DNA of 20,000 nt from Chromera velia (taxonomy: Eukaryota), in NCBI GenBank assembly GCA_018398765.1, contig JAHBMJ010000079.1:116505-136504 (forward strand), written 5' to 3'. Below are positions 19,341-20,000 of the stretch, one piece after another. The notes beneath the pieces are model-generated. The model was not told the origin of the DNA. It ran no database searches and worked only from the letters and a program-made list of their open reading frames with translations. Both the position numbers and the translations under genes were made by a program. Within the stretch, counting starts at the first letter, position 1; each line of letters opens with the position of its first letter.

Positions 19341-20000
19341 AGATCCCCACCTCCCCAAAGGGGTAACCAGGAGTGCCAGATGAAGCCCCAACAGACCATT
19401 TCGAGAGGTGTAAATGGGTAGCGGACAAGAAAGTCCGTGAGCGGCGCTTTAAAAGGATACGGAAGGAGATGTGGGGCGGTGAGGAAAGGGAGAAAGAGGA
19501 AAAGGATGATAAACCCCCTGATTTGGTCAACTCAGAGCATTTGAACAGTGAAGATGAAGGCACAGCAGCCAGACACAGCACCAAAACACCCACCCTCCCA
19601 CCCCGGAACTCGCAAGAGGCGAGGGCGAGCGAATGTTGTTACGTCATTGCTGTGTATGCCATAGGTCGGGGAGAAGGTGCACCTTGTGCTAATGTGTCCG
19701 GCAAGGGAGACCGTGCAGCACAAACGGTCTCATTTGCCCCCTCAAAGCTCCAGCAGACACCCAAGCCTACCCCCCCGGCGCAAGAACATGTCAGAACCCC
19801 CACAACACTCCACTAGACACCCCCCCTCCACCGCCAAGCGCTCCCCCGCCCTAGAGACAAAGACCGAAGCAACAAAGGGGAGGGGGGCGGCTCAGACCCC
19901 TCGTCCTCCTCTTCCGCTAGTTCGTCCACTTCCGCCCCCTCCTCTTCCTCCTCCTTCTCTTCCTCCTCCTCCTCCTCCTCCTCCTCTTCTTCCTCCTCCT

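Larger units (their letters stand above)
16220..20000 (+). pseudogene. Long decayed reading frame (Pro/Arg/Glu/Ser-rich), possibly the N-terminal ORF of a retroelement; runs off the window
   Basis: ORF pieces at 16458, 17124, 17400 and 18165 share one frame. Protein-like charged segments continue across isolated stops (16380, 16410, 16656, 16668, 16839, 16872, 16926, 17034, 17361, 17712). No RT or endonuclease motif is visible, so retroelement identity is unproven. Confidence 0.4.

Noticed and set aside
18311..19593. Minus-strand ORFs of 175 and 281 aa (GGWKGAASGVLLRLSGVC repeats)
   Set aside because: Antisense shadow of the C/A-rich tandem array, with no independent support.

Overview
Eukaryotic genomic DNA with microsatellite-laden spliceosomal introns, Gly/Glu-rich coding sequence and TGCATGCA runs. 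The style suggests a chromerid/apicomplexan relative such as Chromera (inference only). Left to right: (1) a 5'-incomplete gene with six visible exons encoding a small multi-TM COPI-associated-like membrane protein (666-3962, +); (2) an internally deleted hAT transposon with 31-bp TIRs, an 8-bp TSD and a dead transposase fragment (4944-6150); (3) an intronless 741-aa GT-A-like protein (6554-8779, -); (4) a divergent intergenic region with TGCA repeats; (5) a large protein with three clear copies, plus one degenerate copy, of a ~210-225-aa repeat module I do not recognise (~9602-14349, +); (6) a 516-bp MITE with 16-bp TIRs and an 8-bp TSD (14673-15188); (7) a long decayed reading frame, possibly retroelement-derived, with a UIM-like motif and a ~110-bp tandem array (16220-20000). 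The most interesting signals are a RIP-like C->T (CpA->TpA) decay signature that appears confined to repeats, the unrecognised repeat-module protein, and predominantly GTCAG splice donors. Most short ORFs in the track are artefacts of microsatellites or antisense frames.
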